From Amoebidium appalachense (taxonomy: Eukaryota; Protista; Ichthyosporea), in contig CAVNZM010000004.1 in assembly GCA_963693365.1 (NCBI GenBank), positions 10,010,468-10,074,467 of the forward strand: a DNA stretch of 64,000 nt, given 5' to 3'. Shown here in pieces: positions 28,004 to 42,542 of the stretch. Position numbers and translations under genes: made by a program. Below the pieces are notes generated by a model. That model saw only the letters and a program-made list of their open reading frames with translations, was not told the origin of the DNA and did not search any database. The first letter of the stretch is position 1. Every line of letters begins with the position of its first letter.

Positions 28004-29259
28004 TCTCGATTCACTCTTTGTTCCCTCTTACTCCCTTACGGCAAACGCATTGCGCCACCCCGGCTACCATCGATCAACAACATCCCCTACCTCCTCCCCC
28101 CCCCCCCCCCCCCCCCCCCCCCCCATCCCCTCCCCCCTCCCCCCAACCCCTTCCCAACCCCCCCACTCCCCCCGGGGGACTCTCCGTCACCTTGTACATG
28201 ACACAAGTTCTACCAACTTAGCAAGTCGAACAACCCAGGAAGGCTTATATGCTAGAAAATTGGTCGAGTAAAAGGGAAATCCAAGTAATTCTTACTCTTC
28301 AGACTTTTGCTTATGTTGCCTGTTCCTGTTCTGGAGTGGGACAACAGGTTACAGGCGGGCTCAACTTTCTATTGAGCTTTCTAAGGCGGTCGCGTCGACG
28401 TCAGCAAACGCAAACATTACAACAACCAATCGGCAATCTAAATAACCTTATATAGGTATTTAGAACGTCACAGCACCCTTTCGACAATACTATTGGCTTA
28501 AAGTCACTACTAAGTGTTACCGATAGCTGGGAAATTGCAGGGACCAATAGGATACCCCTGAAACTTTGCAAAAACGTTATTCTATTGGTTGAGATTGGTT
28601 TGTTACTTTGCTATGCCCGAAAGGCGCTTTCTACGAAGGGGTTTACTATTAGGGTCCTGTTAGACTTAAAAAAAATTCTCGACTACTCTTGGATCACAAT
28701 CACGCCCTCTCTTTAGGAAGTTAGCGGAAATATACTCATACAAAAAATACATGCATATAATACAAATATATAAGTAAAAGAAAAAAAAAAAAAAAAAGAA
28801 AAAGATAAAACAAAAGTGAAAGAAAAAATCCTGGGAGTTCAATAAGTTTTTTGTCGTATATAAGGTGTGATTTCAACATCATTGATGGCCCTTTTTGAGT
28901 GACCGTTAGATATCGATCGTTTGGTCCCCCATCAGTTTGGAATTTACGCTGATCTGATTGGTCAAGACAGTATCGATCGGATGTGTTTTTTCTTTTGACT
29001 CGGGTTTATAGATCCGTTGATGAATACAACGTGCAGCCCCAGGCTACATAACCACCAATTAAGGGATACGGGATCGGCGATTTTGAATGGTCCCCGATTT
29101 CTTTCTGGCGCCGCCTTTTTTCCCCCTGATTACGTAACGCGTTGCTACGCACCCACGCCGTACAACGATTTTTGTGTTCGCACGTTAACGCAGAGGGCGC
29201 ACAACCCGAAAGAATTTTTTTCATGAAAAGAAACTACTTTGAATACATGCACTTTTACC

Positions 29260-29966
29260 ATGGGTGTGCAGGGCTTGCTCCCAGCACTCGGCATTAGTGC
29301 CGAAAAAGCCACAGATGTTACTGCAGAGTTGCAACGTGGGGTAGTTGCTTTTGACGGGATGGTGCAGGTCCACAAGTCCTTTTCAGTTTTCGCTGACACA
29401 GTAGCCAAACAGCAAATAGATGACAAAAAAGTCACAGACGACACATATGCAGCTATTGCAAATCACTTTATGTCCAAAGTTAATACGTATAGGCTAGCAG
29501 GGGTCCAGCCACACTATGTGTTTGATGGGCGCAGATTGAAAGAGGGAAAACTAGTTGATAACGACCGTGCAGAAAAGGTGGTCAAAGCCCGCCAAGAAAT
29601 AGCCACAAAAAGAGAGAAACAGGAGGAGGTAACTAAAAACAAATGGAGAAGCGCTGCAGAGTTAGATAACAGAGTTTTACATGCAATCATCCTTAGACTG
29701 AAAGATGAGAATGTCGATTACACAGTAGCTCCATACGAAGCAGACCCCCAGCTTGCCTATATGGCACGTACCGGTTTGGCACACACTGTTGTCACTGAGG
29801 ATGCCGACCTTCTTCTGTATAACATCCCGCGGGTTGTATACAAACTGCGCATTGCGGATGCGGCGGTCATCCCTGGGACCGCTAATGCGGTGCGCATTCC
29901 CAAACTGTACGGAGTGATTGTAACCCCCGCCGATGTTTTTACCAGAAGCACAAAGTACAACATAAT

Positions 29967-29997
<31 letters not shown>

Positions 29998-30015
29998 GGG
30001 GGGGGGGGTCAGTAA
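29260..30015 (+). CDS. Exo1-like XPG/FEN1-family 5' nuclease (XPG-N and XPG-I regions); C-terminus truncated or spliced
   Basis: MGVQGLL, VVAFDG, YVFDG, APYEADPQLAY and VTEDADLL motifs. Recognisable homology ends near 29960, where (GT)n and a G run begin. No H3TH GCDY motif seen. Confidence 0.88.
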
Positions 30016-30189
30016 TCTTCTGACCGATCTAGTGAACCTATAATGAATGAATGAAGACCGTGTGTCAAATCTGAGAGCAATGTACCAGACCCTGGTGCCT
30101 GCATATGTTTCCTACCCCCCCACCCCCCCCCCCCCCCACCCCCTCCCCCCGGTCCCTCCTCCCCCCTTGGTGTTTGCATACGTGCCTAC

Positions 30190-30228
<39 letters not shown>

Positions 30229-30361
30229 ACACGTGTGTGTGTGTGGGGGGGGGGGGGGGGTGCATGCGTGCGTGTGTGCACGTCATGCGTGGGTGCGTGC
30301 GTGCGTGCGTGCGTGCGTGTGTGCGTGCTTCCGTGTGTGCGTGGTTGTGTGTGTTTGTGAA

Positions 30362-30392
<31 letters not shown>

Positions 30393-30519
30393 GAACGACT
30401 CAAGGTTGTACTTGGCACACAAATACATAATAATTTCAATTATTATTATTATTTTCCTATACAGGAAAAGTGGAGCCCTACTGGCCGAATACATACATGC
30501 AAGCATTCATTCATATTTT

Positions 30520-30609
<90 letters not shown>

Positions 30610-30658
30610 CAGAGAAGGGGGCTTTAGGGAGAGGCACTGGCAATCGAAAACGAAAATT

Positions 30659-32575
30659 CTACACCATGCTTTTGGTGTGCCCGGGCCCCACCATATCCTT
30701 ATATAGTGGCTCTTGCATGTTACACAAGAAAGCCACAGCCTTAGCTACCATCCAATGGGTGCCTACCATCGACATCTGCACCTGATTGCTAAACAGCCGA
30801 TAATTTTTCATGCGCCCAAAAGCCCTCTCCACATGCACGCGCACACTAGACAGTCTTTGGCTATATATGGTGTCTTCAGCGTTTAGCTGCCCATGCTCAA
30901 CAAACGACGGTAATAGCAAGGAAGCACCCTTCTCCATGATTAGCCCGTGCACTCTAAACCCTTTATCAGCTGCTATTTCATCCCCCTCTTCTATCTGATC
31001 TACAAATTCACGCTTGCATACACCTGTGAGATCCGGGTCTTTGAACCCCCCCACATGTGCATCGGACACCGGTCTGAGTTTCATATCCGTTGTGATGCCC
31101 CCGAAGTACTTGAGAGTATAATTGCTTTTGTACTCTGAGTAGAAACATCGTTTCAGAAGGAGGTTTGTCGGCACCTGTACAAACACCTCGGTGCAATCAA
31201 TGATCCACCGTACATCGTCCCATTGCCCAGTGTAGCAACCGGCTTTAAACTTCGAAAGTTGCTCTCTGGTGGGGGCTTTTTCGTATAGAAAAACCTGTGC
31301 TAACGCCAGTGCACCAAGAAAATGGCGGAATATACGCGAAAGATTCGGTTCTGACACATCCACCAGCCGACTCAATAGTTGGAAGGATGTGCCGTGGCGG
31401 AGGCGAAAAAGTGTAAAAAGACATCCATCATGCCATATTATTTCCTTTCCTGTTTTGGTTTTAAAATCATTCATGTTTATAGTTGATTGGCCAATAAAAG
31501 CAACAATCCCCAGCACTCCCATGAGAGCTTCAAAACTATCCAACCCCGTGTATGTTTTCACCACATCATCTCTAGCCTTCCCTTCCTCTTCCGCCACTAT
31601 GTCCTCCATGCATATTCTTTTCTGGTTTTGTAGTAATTCCTCCCTCGCTTGATCAAGCGCTTGTTCGAGCTCCTTCTTCTCCAATCTTTGTTTCTTCTCA
31701 TTTTCCTCCAATTGCTTCGTAGCTATCTCAAGTTCGATTTGCATTTTCTCCGCCTGCTCCTTATAGAAAGCTCTTGAACGTTCCAGGACATTCACATAAT
31801 CCTCTACATCCATCCCTTCCTCACCTGCCTTCGACTCTAGATAGTCAAATGTCCTTTCACGCACATGTTCCCTCCTTCTTTTCGCTCGTTCACTGTCCTC
31901 TGCTTCTTCACTGCTCGTCTCCCCCCGCTCCCTCGCTCGTTTCCGTGTTTGCTCAATATCTGAGGCATCCATTCCTACAGCTTGCATATGACTATTGGCC
32001 CTTTCCTCCCTCAATAGCTGTACCTTCTCTCTGTACATCGGGTCTAGTTCCATTCGGATGGGACATGCATCCTTTGTTAATTTCAGTTTTCCATTCTTAG
32101 CAGTAATATCATCATCGGTGAAATGTGCCTCGCATACAACCAGTTGCTTAAGGATAGCCAGTGGCCAGGGGACTTCCACCTTCGGTTGCCCCCGTTTCCT
32201 CTTTGGTTGTGGTTCTTGTGCCGACTGCTCAGCTGGCACAGCCGAGTCATTGGCATTTTCGGATTGTGTGTCAGCTGTGTGTGTCTCAGTAGTGGTTGTG
32301 TCTGTATTTACGTCTGTCCCATCCGAGGCCTTTGGCCTTGTGTCTGTGTGTGTGTCTGGGTCGGGGGGTGCTTGCTTTGTGTGTTCTGCTATTTGTTTCC
32401 GCTCATACTTTGTTTGCTCCTGCCTGCCTATAGCATTTAACCAAGCATGCCTCCTAGCCAATACATTTGGTTTGTATCCATATGGAACAGTAAAAAGCTT
32501 TATCTTCCTGGTAGGATCTTTGGGAGAGACTGTTTCTTCGTCATTTTTGCAGTAGTTAGCCGCGCAAGTTGGCAT
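30659..32575 (-). CDS. Transposase with THAP zinc finger, coiled coil, HTH and DDE_Tnp_4 (HARBI1/ISL2EU-like) domains
   Basis: MPTCAANYC...F..P...R..W...VCEAHF...ACP (THAP); YTGL; LFRLRHG...SRIF; IIDCTE; YSEYK..TLK; ADKGF; RVHVERAFGRMK. Intact 638-aa frame. Confidence 0.95.
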   Translation of the reverse strand: MPTCAANYCKNDEETVSPKDPTRKIKLFTVPYGYKPNVLARRHAWLNAIGRQEQTKYERKQIAEHTKQAPPDPDTHTDTRPKASDGTDVNTDTTTTETHTADTQSENANDSAVPAEQSAQEPQPKRKRGQPKVEVPWPLAILKQLVVCEAHFTDDDITAKNGKLKLTKDACPIRMELDPMYREKVQLLREERANSHMQAVGMDASDIEQTRKRARERGETSSEEAEDSERAKRRREHVRERTFDYLESKAGEEGMDVEDYVNVLERSRAFYKEQAEKMQIELEIATKQLEENEKKQRLEKKELEQALDQAREELLQNQKRICMEDIVAEEEGKARDDVVKTYTGLDSFEALMGVLGIVAFIGQSTINMNDFKTKTGKEIIWHDGCLFTLFRLRHGTSFQLLSRLVDVSEPNLSRIFRHFLGALALAQVFLYEKAPTREQLSKFKAGCYTGQWDDVRWIIDCTEVFVQVPTNLLLKRCFYSEYKSNYTLKYFGGITTDMKLRPVSDAHVGGFKDPDLTGVCKREFVDQIEEGDEIAADKGFRVHGLIMEKGASLLLPSFVEHGQLNAEDTIYSQRLSSVRVHVERAFGRMKNYRLFSNQVQMSMVGTHWMVAKAVAFLCNMQEPLYKDMVGPGHTKSMV

Positions 32576-34009
32576 TGTGAGTGCCTAACATATATAGTTA
32601 GAAAACAACCCGCCTTCATGAAAAATGTGCAGCGCAGTTTTGTCCGGACACGTGTGTGGCATGCCGTGTGTACATGGTATAGCTCGGCCACACGATCTTA
32701 GGTGCCCAATAGGCAGATCAAGCCCACTCAATCCAGATAGATATCGATCTGAGCGGCGCCAGAAAGTATTCGAGCCGCGCGATCCCGTATCCCTTAATAG
32801 AACTGAAAAAGCCAAAGCTACGAATTAATAATAATAAAGCGATAAGTGACAAAGGACACCAGCGGGCAAAACCTTAAGTGTACGTGTATGCGTGAAACTA
32901 GTTTGCTCCAACTAGTCATATGCATCGATGTTGACCAGACCACACTCCGCAAGAAGTGTCACATCATTACTGCTCCTTCCCAACAGGCCCCCCTCAAAAC
33001 CTACCGAGGCACAGCAAGCAAGTCAGCCTCTAAAAGAGCAATGCAGACCAAATCTGAGCTAAAAAACAATCCCAACGGGCCCGGCCAGTAGATAACCCGG
33101 AGAAACTGCATCTAGCTCTCTGATATGGTGGCCTACTTGTGGCAGGACACACAGAAAAACACAATTACAGAATGCATGCAAGCAAACCCGGTCATTGCCA
33201 TACGGCTGGAGGCTAAGGACTGGCAGTCACTTGGAAAGCTCCCCGACGACCAAGAAGCCGCCCCTCCACTCACGCAGCGCAGAAGTAGCTAAAGAAGTTG
33301 CAGCAGCCCACCGATAGGTCGCGTAGAAGCGTAGACAGCGTGTAGAAGTTACCATAGGTTGCAGTGGACCACCAGGCGTTGAAGAAACCACTTCTCAAGC
33401 GAGAAACTCCGCGAAAGGGAGATGCCCCCACACTCTCACAGCAGTAGGAATATGTACACCAGGCCACACCACACAGACGCTGCAGTCACGTTCCCCTGGG
33501 CCTGATGTATTTTGGAAGGGATCTAAATCGATTTGATTGGCTGTTCCAACGTTTACCTCTGCTGTCGACGTCTCTTTATGGTTATCTTGTTTCCTTATCA
33601 GGCTATTTGCTAATGCTGTCCCCAAGATCTAGGGGGACCATCCTGTTTCGTGCGTGCGCTCAAGGCTTTTCATTCCGGCTCCTTTTCGCTCTCGCCCCCA
33701 CACTTGAACTGACTTCGAATGTTCGCCACACTCGCACATGCCTTTGTGCGAAACACACGAGCACACCAAAGCAGAACATCTTTTGCTTCTTATCTGAAAG
33801 CGGACGCATCTTGGACTGGCGTTAGCAAGTACTTTGGGCTGCATGTTAGGTAGGCGAAATGAGTGCTCATGATATGCTGATGAAAGCAAAACGGGTGTGG
33901 TGGAGTGTAAGAAGGGGGGAGGGAGCGAGTAAGCGTGGGAGGGAGTCTTAGGGAGGGGCCTATGGGAGTGGACGGGAGGGTCGAGGGTAGGCTAAGGACG
34001 AGGGGCCCA

Positions 34010-34640
34010 GTGAGAAGTGGCTGCACAGGAGAGCGAGGGGGGGTGAGATCTTTGCAGGTTGTGGGACAGGAGAAGCCTTGGAAGTTCAAGGGGGTTGGGG
34101 AGGGGGGAGGGGGAGGGGGAGGGGGTATAGGGGGTCTCCAGGATAGAGGGGAGGGGCGGCGGGGTGAGGAAGTGTGTGTGTGGTTTTAGGGTGGGAAGGG
34201 GGGGAGGGGAGGGGGGAGGGGAAGGGAGGGGGGCGAGAGAATGATATGGAGGGAGCCATAAGGAAAGGGGGGCCCAAGGGGGGGGACGGGAGGGTGGGGG
34301 CTGGATAGGGAGGAGGAAAGAAATGGCTGCAGAGGAGAGCGAGGGGGAGGTTAGACCTTGGCAGGTTGTGGAGAAGGGGAAGCCTGGAAGTTTTTTTCTT
34401 TTTTTCTTTTGTGTGTGTGTGGTTTTAGGGTGGGAAGGGGGGGAGGGAGGGGGGGAGGGGAAGGGAGGGGGGCGAGAAATGATATGGAGGGAGCCATAAG
34501 GAAAGGGGGGCCCAAGGGGGGGGACGGGAGGGTGGGGGCTGGATAGGGAGGAGGAAAGAAATGGCTGCAGAGGAGAGCGAGGGGAGGTTAGACCTTGGCA
34601 GGTTGTGGAGAAGGGGAAGCCTGGAAGTTTTTTTCTTTTT
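34010..34640. repeat. Purine-rich tandem repeat, ~239-bp period (two copies plus a diverged partial copy)
   Basis: GTGTGTGTGTGGTTTTAGGGTGGGAAGG starts at ~34172 and ~34411; TGGCTGCA.AGGAGAGCGAGGGG at ~34018, ~34324 and ~34562. Confidence 0.85.
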
Positions 34641-34648
34641 TTCTTTTT

Positions 34649-34679
<31 letters not shown>

Positions 34680-35141
34680 GAAGGGGGAGGTGGGTGGGGA
34701 GGGTTCTCCCCGTGATGGAGGGAAGGGTTGGGGAGGAGGTGTGTGTGTGTGTTGGAGGGGAGGAAGGGGTAGGGGGAAGAATTATTCAGCCGGAAGCCAG
34801 GAAGGAGAGGATTGAAGGGTGGGGAGCTGTGCAACTAATTCGTTTTGATATGTAGGACACAATGGTGATATGTGCGCCCGCTTGACATTCCCCCCCTCCC
34901 TCCGCGCCTCTCCCCACCAACACCACCACAACCATCATTACCCCCCCTCCCCCCTCCCCCCTCTCCTCCCTCTTCAGCCCCCTCCACGCACTACACACAA
35001 CTCCTCGGGCTTCTAATCGTGATCCCCAAGCTTTCCACACTGTTGTCTTTCATTTTCTGTGCCTTGGCTCTCACTTCTTGTATGTCCCCCTAACTCAAGT
35101 TTTTCGCTTTGTCTTGCCACCGTGTACATCCCCCCCCCCTC

Positions 35142-35190
<49 letters not shown>

Positions 35191-35536
35191 CCCCTTCCCC
35201 CTCCTTTCTCCTCCAGCGCCTGCACTTGGATCCAAAAGCCCTGTCTACCGTGCACATGCGCACTTTTCTTGTCTTTGTTTTTGCATATTATTTCCTGTTT
35301 TGCACCTTTTTTTTCGTGTTGAGTACTTTTACTCAGTAATGAATTGTGTGCACATTCTACCCCGCCTCCCGCGTGGGCCACCCACCCACCCACCACCTTC
35401 TTTCCTCTTTCCCCAAACTGTCCACGTTTTACTATTCGATTGTTTGAGCCCATCACCTAAATACCCCCCGCCCCCCTTACCCCCCCCCCCTCCCTCCCCC
35501 TTCCGCAGGTTCTTGAGCACACGGCAAGCCGAGGAC

Positions 35537-38715
<3,179 letters not shown>

Positions 38716-39416
38716 AGTAGTGAGTGCCTGAGTGTCCCCCGGGGGGGGGGGGGGGGGGAGGGGGGGGGGGAGGGGGGGGGGGGGGGGGTGGTGGTGGTGG
38801 TTGTTTGGGGAGGGGGGAGGGGGGGGGGGGGGGGGGATGGTGGTGGTGGTTGTTTGGGGAGGGGGGGGAAGGGGAGGGGGGGGGGGGGGGGGTTGGTGGT
38901 GTGTGTGGCGGAGGGGGAAGGGCGGGGGGGAGGGGGGAGGGCACTCCGGGATGTGGGGGATGTGATTCCGTCCGGTATGCCACTGCTGGAATCAAGGAGA
39001 CAAAGACTGTAGTGTTAAATTTGCTTATGTACGCCCTCGTCACCATGTATGATCGTAGCGACATGTAGTAGACATCTTAAAGGGCCCACGCCGTAGGCTG
39101 CAAATAAGAATGTAAATGGAATATCACCATATCATATTATAGTGTTGTATAAAACGTGTAAAGATTTCGGTGATATTTACAGGCTGCAGCTACGTAATTG
39201 TACAAAATATTATAAACAAGAAATTTTTTTGCTGAAGTCAAAGATCTCGGGTCATCTATGTCGCATTAATATTACATGATCATAAACACAAGAATTCCAA
39301 CTTCTTAAGATTACTACTTTTTACATCTGCAGACAATATTCGTAAACCCCCCCCCCCACACACACACACACACACACGTGCACACACACACGCACATGCA
39401 CATGTAGACACAAATA

Positions 39417-39448
<32 letters not shown>

Positions 39449-39746
39449 GATAGAGAGAGAGATCTAGCTATGATAATGACATTCGAAGGCCAGAGGGAGA
39501 GGGAGGGAGGGGAGAGAGAGAGAGAGAGAGTGTGTGTGTGTGTGTGTGTGTGTACACGTGTGTGTGTGTGTGTGATCTAGAGCTATGATCATGACAGCCG
39601 AGAAGAAAGATCTAGCTAGAGAGAGGCCGGAGAGAGAGGGAGAGAGAGAGGGAGGGAGAGAGGGAGAGAGGGAGAGAGCTCGAGGGAGAAAGCCTTGAGA
39701 GAGAGAGAGAGAGTGTGTGTCTAGAGAGAGAGGGGGGGGGGGGGGG

Positions 39747-39784
<38 letters not shown>

Positions 39785-39841
39785 GAAGGAGAGAGAGAGG
39801 GAGAAAGAGAGAGAGAGGGAGGGAGAAAGAGAGAGAGAGAG

Positions 39842-39872
<31 letters not shown>

Positions 39873-39994
39873 GGAGGGGGGGGGGGAGAGAGGGAGATCT
39901 AGCTATGATCATGACAGTCGAGAGAGATCTAGCTAGAAAGGCCGGAGAGAGAGGGGGGGGAGAGAGAGAGACTACATATGGGGGCGCGGCACCC

Positions 39995-40030
39995 GTGGAT
40001 GTGACGTCACAGGTGTGACGTCACATCCAC
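39995..40030. promoter_or_regulatory. Perfect 17-bp inverted repeat with a TGACGTCA (CRE/ATF-type) site in each arm
   Basis: GTGGATGTGACGTCACA-GG-TGTGACGTCACATCCAC. Confidence 0.6.
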
Positions 40031-40304
40031 ACGGTCCCGCAGCCCCCAAAGATATGGCATAGGTGGATATGAGGTGTGTGATATCTGTGTATATCGCGAC
40101 ATGGGATATGAGATATGGGTGGATATATGTACAGGAGCACGTGCACACACTGTGTGTGTGCAAAACACGTGCAGGCACGTGGTTTTAATTAAAAAATTAA
40201 ATAGAGAGGGCGGAACACGTGTACGCGTACGTGTGCGCGTACATGTGGTGCGCACACGTACAGGTGCTGCGGATCCAAGGAATGCGAGAATTCTGAATTC
40301 CGGC

Positions 40305-40470
40305 GAAAACTGACCAATGGGAATTCGAATCCTGAATTCAATGGGAAATTGACCAATGGAAATAGTCGCCCATTGGGAAGAGGCGAAAAAGCAAATTTGC
40401 AGGAACACTGACCAATCAGAACGCGTAAGCCGAAATCTGTACATTCCATCCCGAAACTGACCAATAGGAC
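40305..40470 (+). promoter_or_regulatory. Cluster of TGACCAAT (CCAAT/NF-Y-type) boxes upstream of the PolB-like ORF
   Basis: TGACCAAT at about 40311, 40350, 40409 and 40458; the last two are also in copy A (~514, ~563). Confidence 0.55.
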
Positions 40471-40757
40471 CGCGAATGGCTCATTGTTTTTGGTAAACAG
40501 AGGCGGCCGGCCGGCGGCGGCCAGACACGCGCACAGACTTGTTGTTTTTGCGTACTGCTTCGTGAGATTTGGAGAGGTTTTTGCTTTTGAGATTTCACTG
40601 GGCTTTGAGATTTAATAGACACAGGCACAGAGACGTTATTTTGCATGCTGTTTTTTATTGAGGCATTGCTCTGGCACAGCCAGGCTAGCAACCATCGATT
40701 AGATTGATACTTGAGATTTATAAGATTACAGCCTGAGATCTAAGGTTACCATTCAAG

Positions 40758-42300
40758 ATGTTCAGCGAGAGCCAGGAAGAGTTTGAAGATGATCTGTTGC
40801 GGGCACTGGATGCCGACCCGCAGCAGGTCCTGCAGGCCCACCCCTTCCTGCAGGCCATGTTGGCCCCACCACCCCCACCCCCACCCCCTCCCCGGCCAGC
40901 CCCCCGCCCCCGCCCCCATCAATCACCCCGATGACCCCCAGATCATTGCCATGCCGGCCGAGGGCAACTGGCGACTGCGTTCCCGTGTAGATGACATGCA
41001 GGCACGGGGACTGGGTGTGCGTGGCCACACCCTCGAGTACCAACCCCTGCGCACCCTTGACGTGACTGAGTTCCCCCAGTTTTTTGCAGCCATGCTGTTC
41101 GATGCCATGGCCCGTGCAGATGTGCAGGCGGGGGACATGCTGATTGTGCGTATCATCAGCCTGCACGTGCAGGCCAACGGTGTGGACAACCAGGTGGGGG
41201 ATGATGGCAACCCCAACGCCGACGTGACCAACCGTCGTGTGTTTACTGCCGGCCCCATGGAGGTGTTCAATGGTGATGTCAACGCCGTGGTGCTCAAGCT
41301 GATGGAGAACATACGGCAACGCACCCAGAGTGCAGCCGAGACCTTCATGGACGGCAGATCCACCGTGCATCTGACGGTGGCCCGACCCAAGGACATGGTG
41401 AGGAGGGGGGCCTGCGGGTCCCTGTCCACCACCACGGGGGTGAATGCACGGTGGCTGCAGGATCTGGTGGAGGCCAAGGCCGTGGTGGATGTGACCGCCC
41501 TCGTGCAGGCTGCCTGCAGCACCGACGACCCACAGGTGACCGGGGAGAGGGCCCTCGACCGCCAGCAGCTGCACGGCTTTGCCTACGGCCCCAACTGTGC
41601 CCAGCTGTGCCTGTTGTACAGCATGGTGATGTGGGTGAAGAAGGCAGCCAATGGCAACGAGCAGGCCAGCCTGCCCACCGAGCACACACGCAAGGTGCTG
41701 GCCAAGGGGGGCAACCTCATGGATCGCAAGGACCACCACGTGCTGTGCCACCTGCTGACCCCGGAGGAGGTGTTGGGGGCCGGCAACACGACCCTGGGGG
41801 TGTCGAGATCTTCCGGCTGTGGGGTGTGCAACCTGCTACTCCCCCCCACAGATCCAAGGAGCCACCACCAAGACCGTTACCTGCGGAGATTGGTGAGGGC
41901 AACCCGAGTGCTGTGGACCAAGTACGACCTGCCTGTGCCTGCAGAGGACGGCCTGACGGTGGATGAGCTGGGGGCAGCCGTGGATGCCCTCAACACAGCC
42001 ATTGCCGAGCAGCCTGAGTCAGTCACCCGCCTGCGGCTGGTGGTGGTGGACATGGACAGCGGGGCCAAAGTGCTACGCCGGTACGGGGACCTGAGCATGG
42101 CCCTGCCCCCCTCCAAGCTGTGCACCATGTACTTGGCCCACTCCCAGAAGCTGGGCCACTTCACGGCCATCACCTCCAGTGTCAGCATGACCATCGAGCG
42201 CCTACGACACAGCAACCACACGGGGGAGGCACGACGGAACCTCAGCACCTGCTACTACCCTCTGTCCTCCATCCCACCCCCAACCCCACCCAGCTCTGAA
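40758..42300 (+). pseudogene. Second copy of the PolB N-terminus-like ORF; +1 frameshift in a C run near 40885, no internal stop
   Basis: ATG 40758 corresponds to 863; the offset changes from 39895 to 39896 across the C run; TGG at 41632. The frameshift could be a homopolymer sequencing error. Confidence 0.55.
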
Positions 42301-42508
42301 GGAACAACAGTTGTAAACAGACTATGTACGCTGTCAGACTATCAGGGGATTAGGGGATTATGTTCTCTTTCTGCAACGATTTTCCACAGACCCCCCCCCC
42401 ACCCCCTCCCCCTCCCCCCCCGGCCCCCCCACTCCCCTTCCTAAAATGCACACAGGCACACATGCAAGTAAGCGCACGCACGCACACCCACAGCCGCACA
42501 CACACGCG

Positions 42509-42542
<34 letters not shown>

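Larger units (their letters stand above)
29060..32796. mobile_element. ISL2EU-like (PIF/Harbinger group) DNA transposon, 3737 bp, with two convergent ORFs
   Basis: Perfect 17-bp TIRs TAAGGGATACGGGATCG (29060-29076, 32780-32796) flanked by AT on both sides; the empty paralogous site is CCACCAATAGAAC at 63641-63653. Encodes a THAP-DDE transposase. Confidence 0.93.
28204..33830. mobile_element. Unclassified interspersed repeat, CCAAT-rich, interrupted by the DNA transposon; right end uncertain
   Basis: 28204-29059 plus 32799-33135 match 62793-64000, with the same left end (CAAGTTCTACC) in different flanks. No intact ORF. Confidence 0.6.

Noticed and set aside
29260-30015. Host EXO1 gene
   Set aside because: It lies inside the TIRs, is absent from the empty site and lacks the C-terminal region, so no gene symbol was assigned.
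29056-32800. piggyBac or Kolobok assignment based on TTAA at both ends
   Set aside because: The transposase is DDE_Tnp_4 type and the empty site has no TTAA.
39460-39945. Recurrent GATCTAGCTATGATCATGACA motif among (GA)n tracts
   Set aside because: Best explained as local slippage duplication; no evidence of function.
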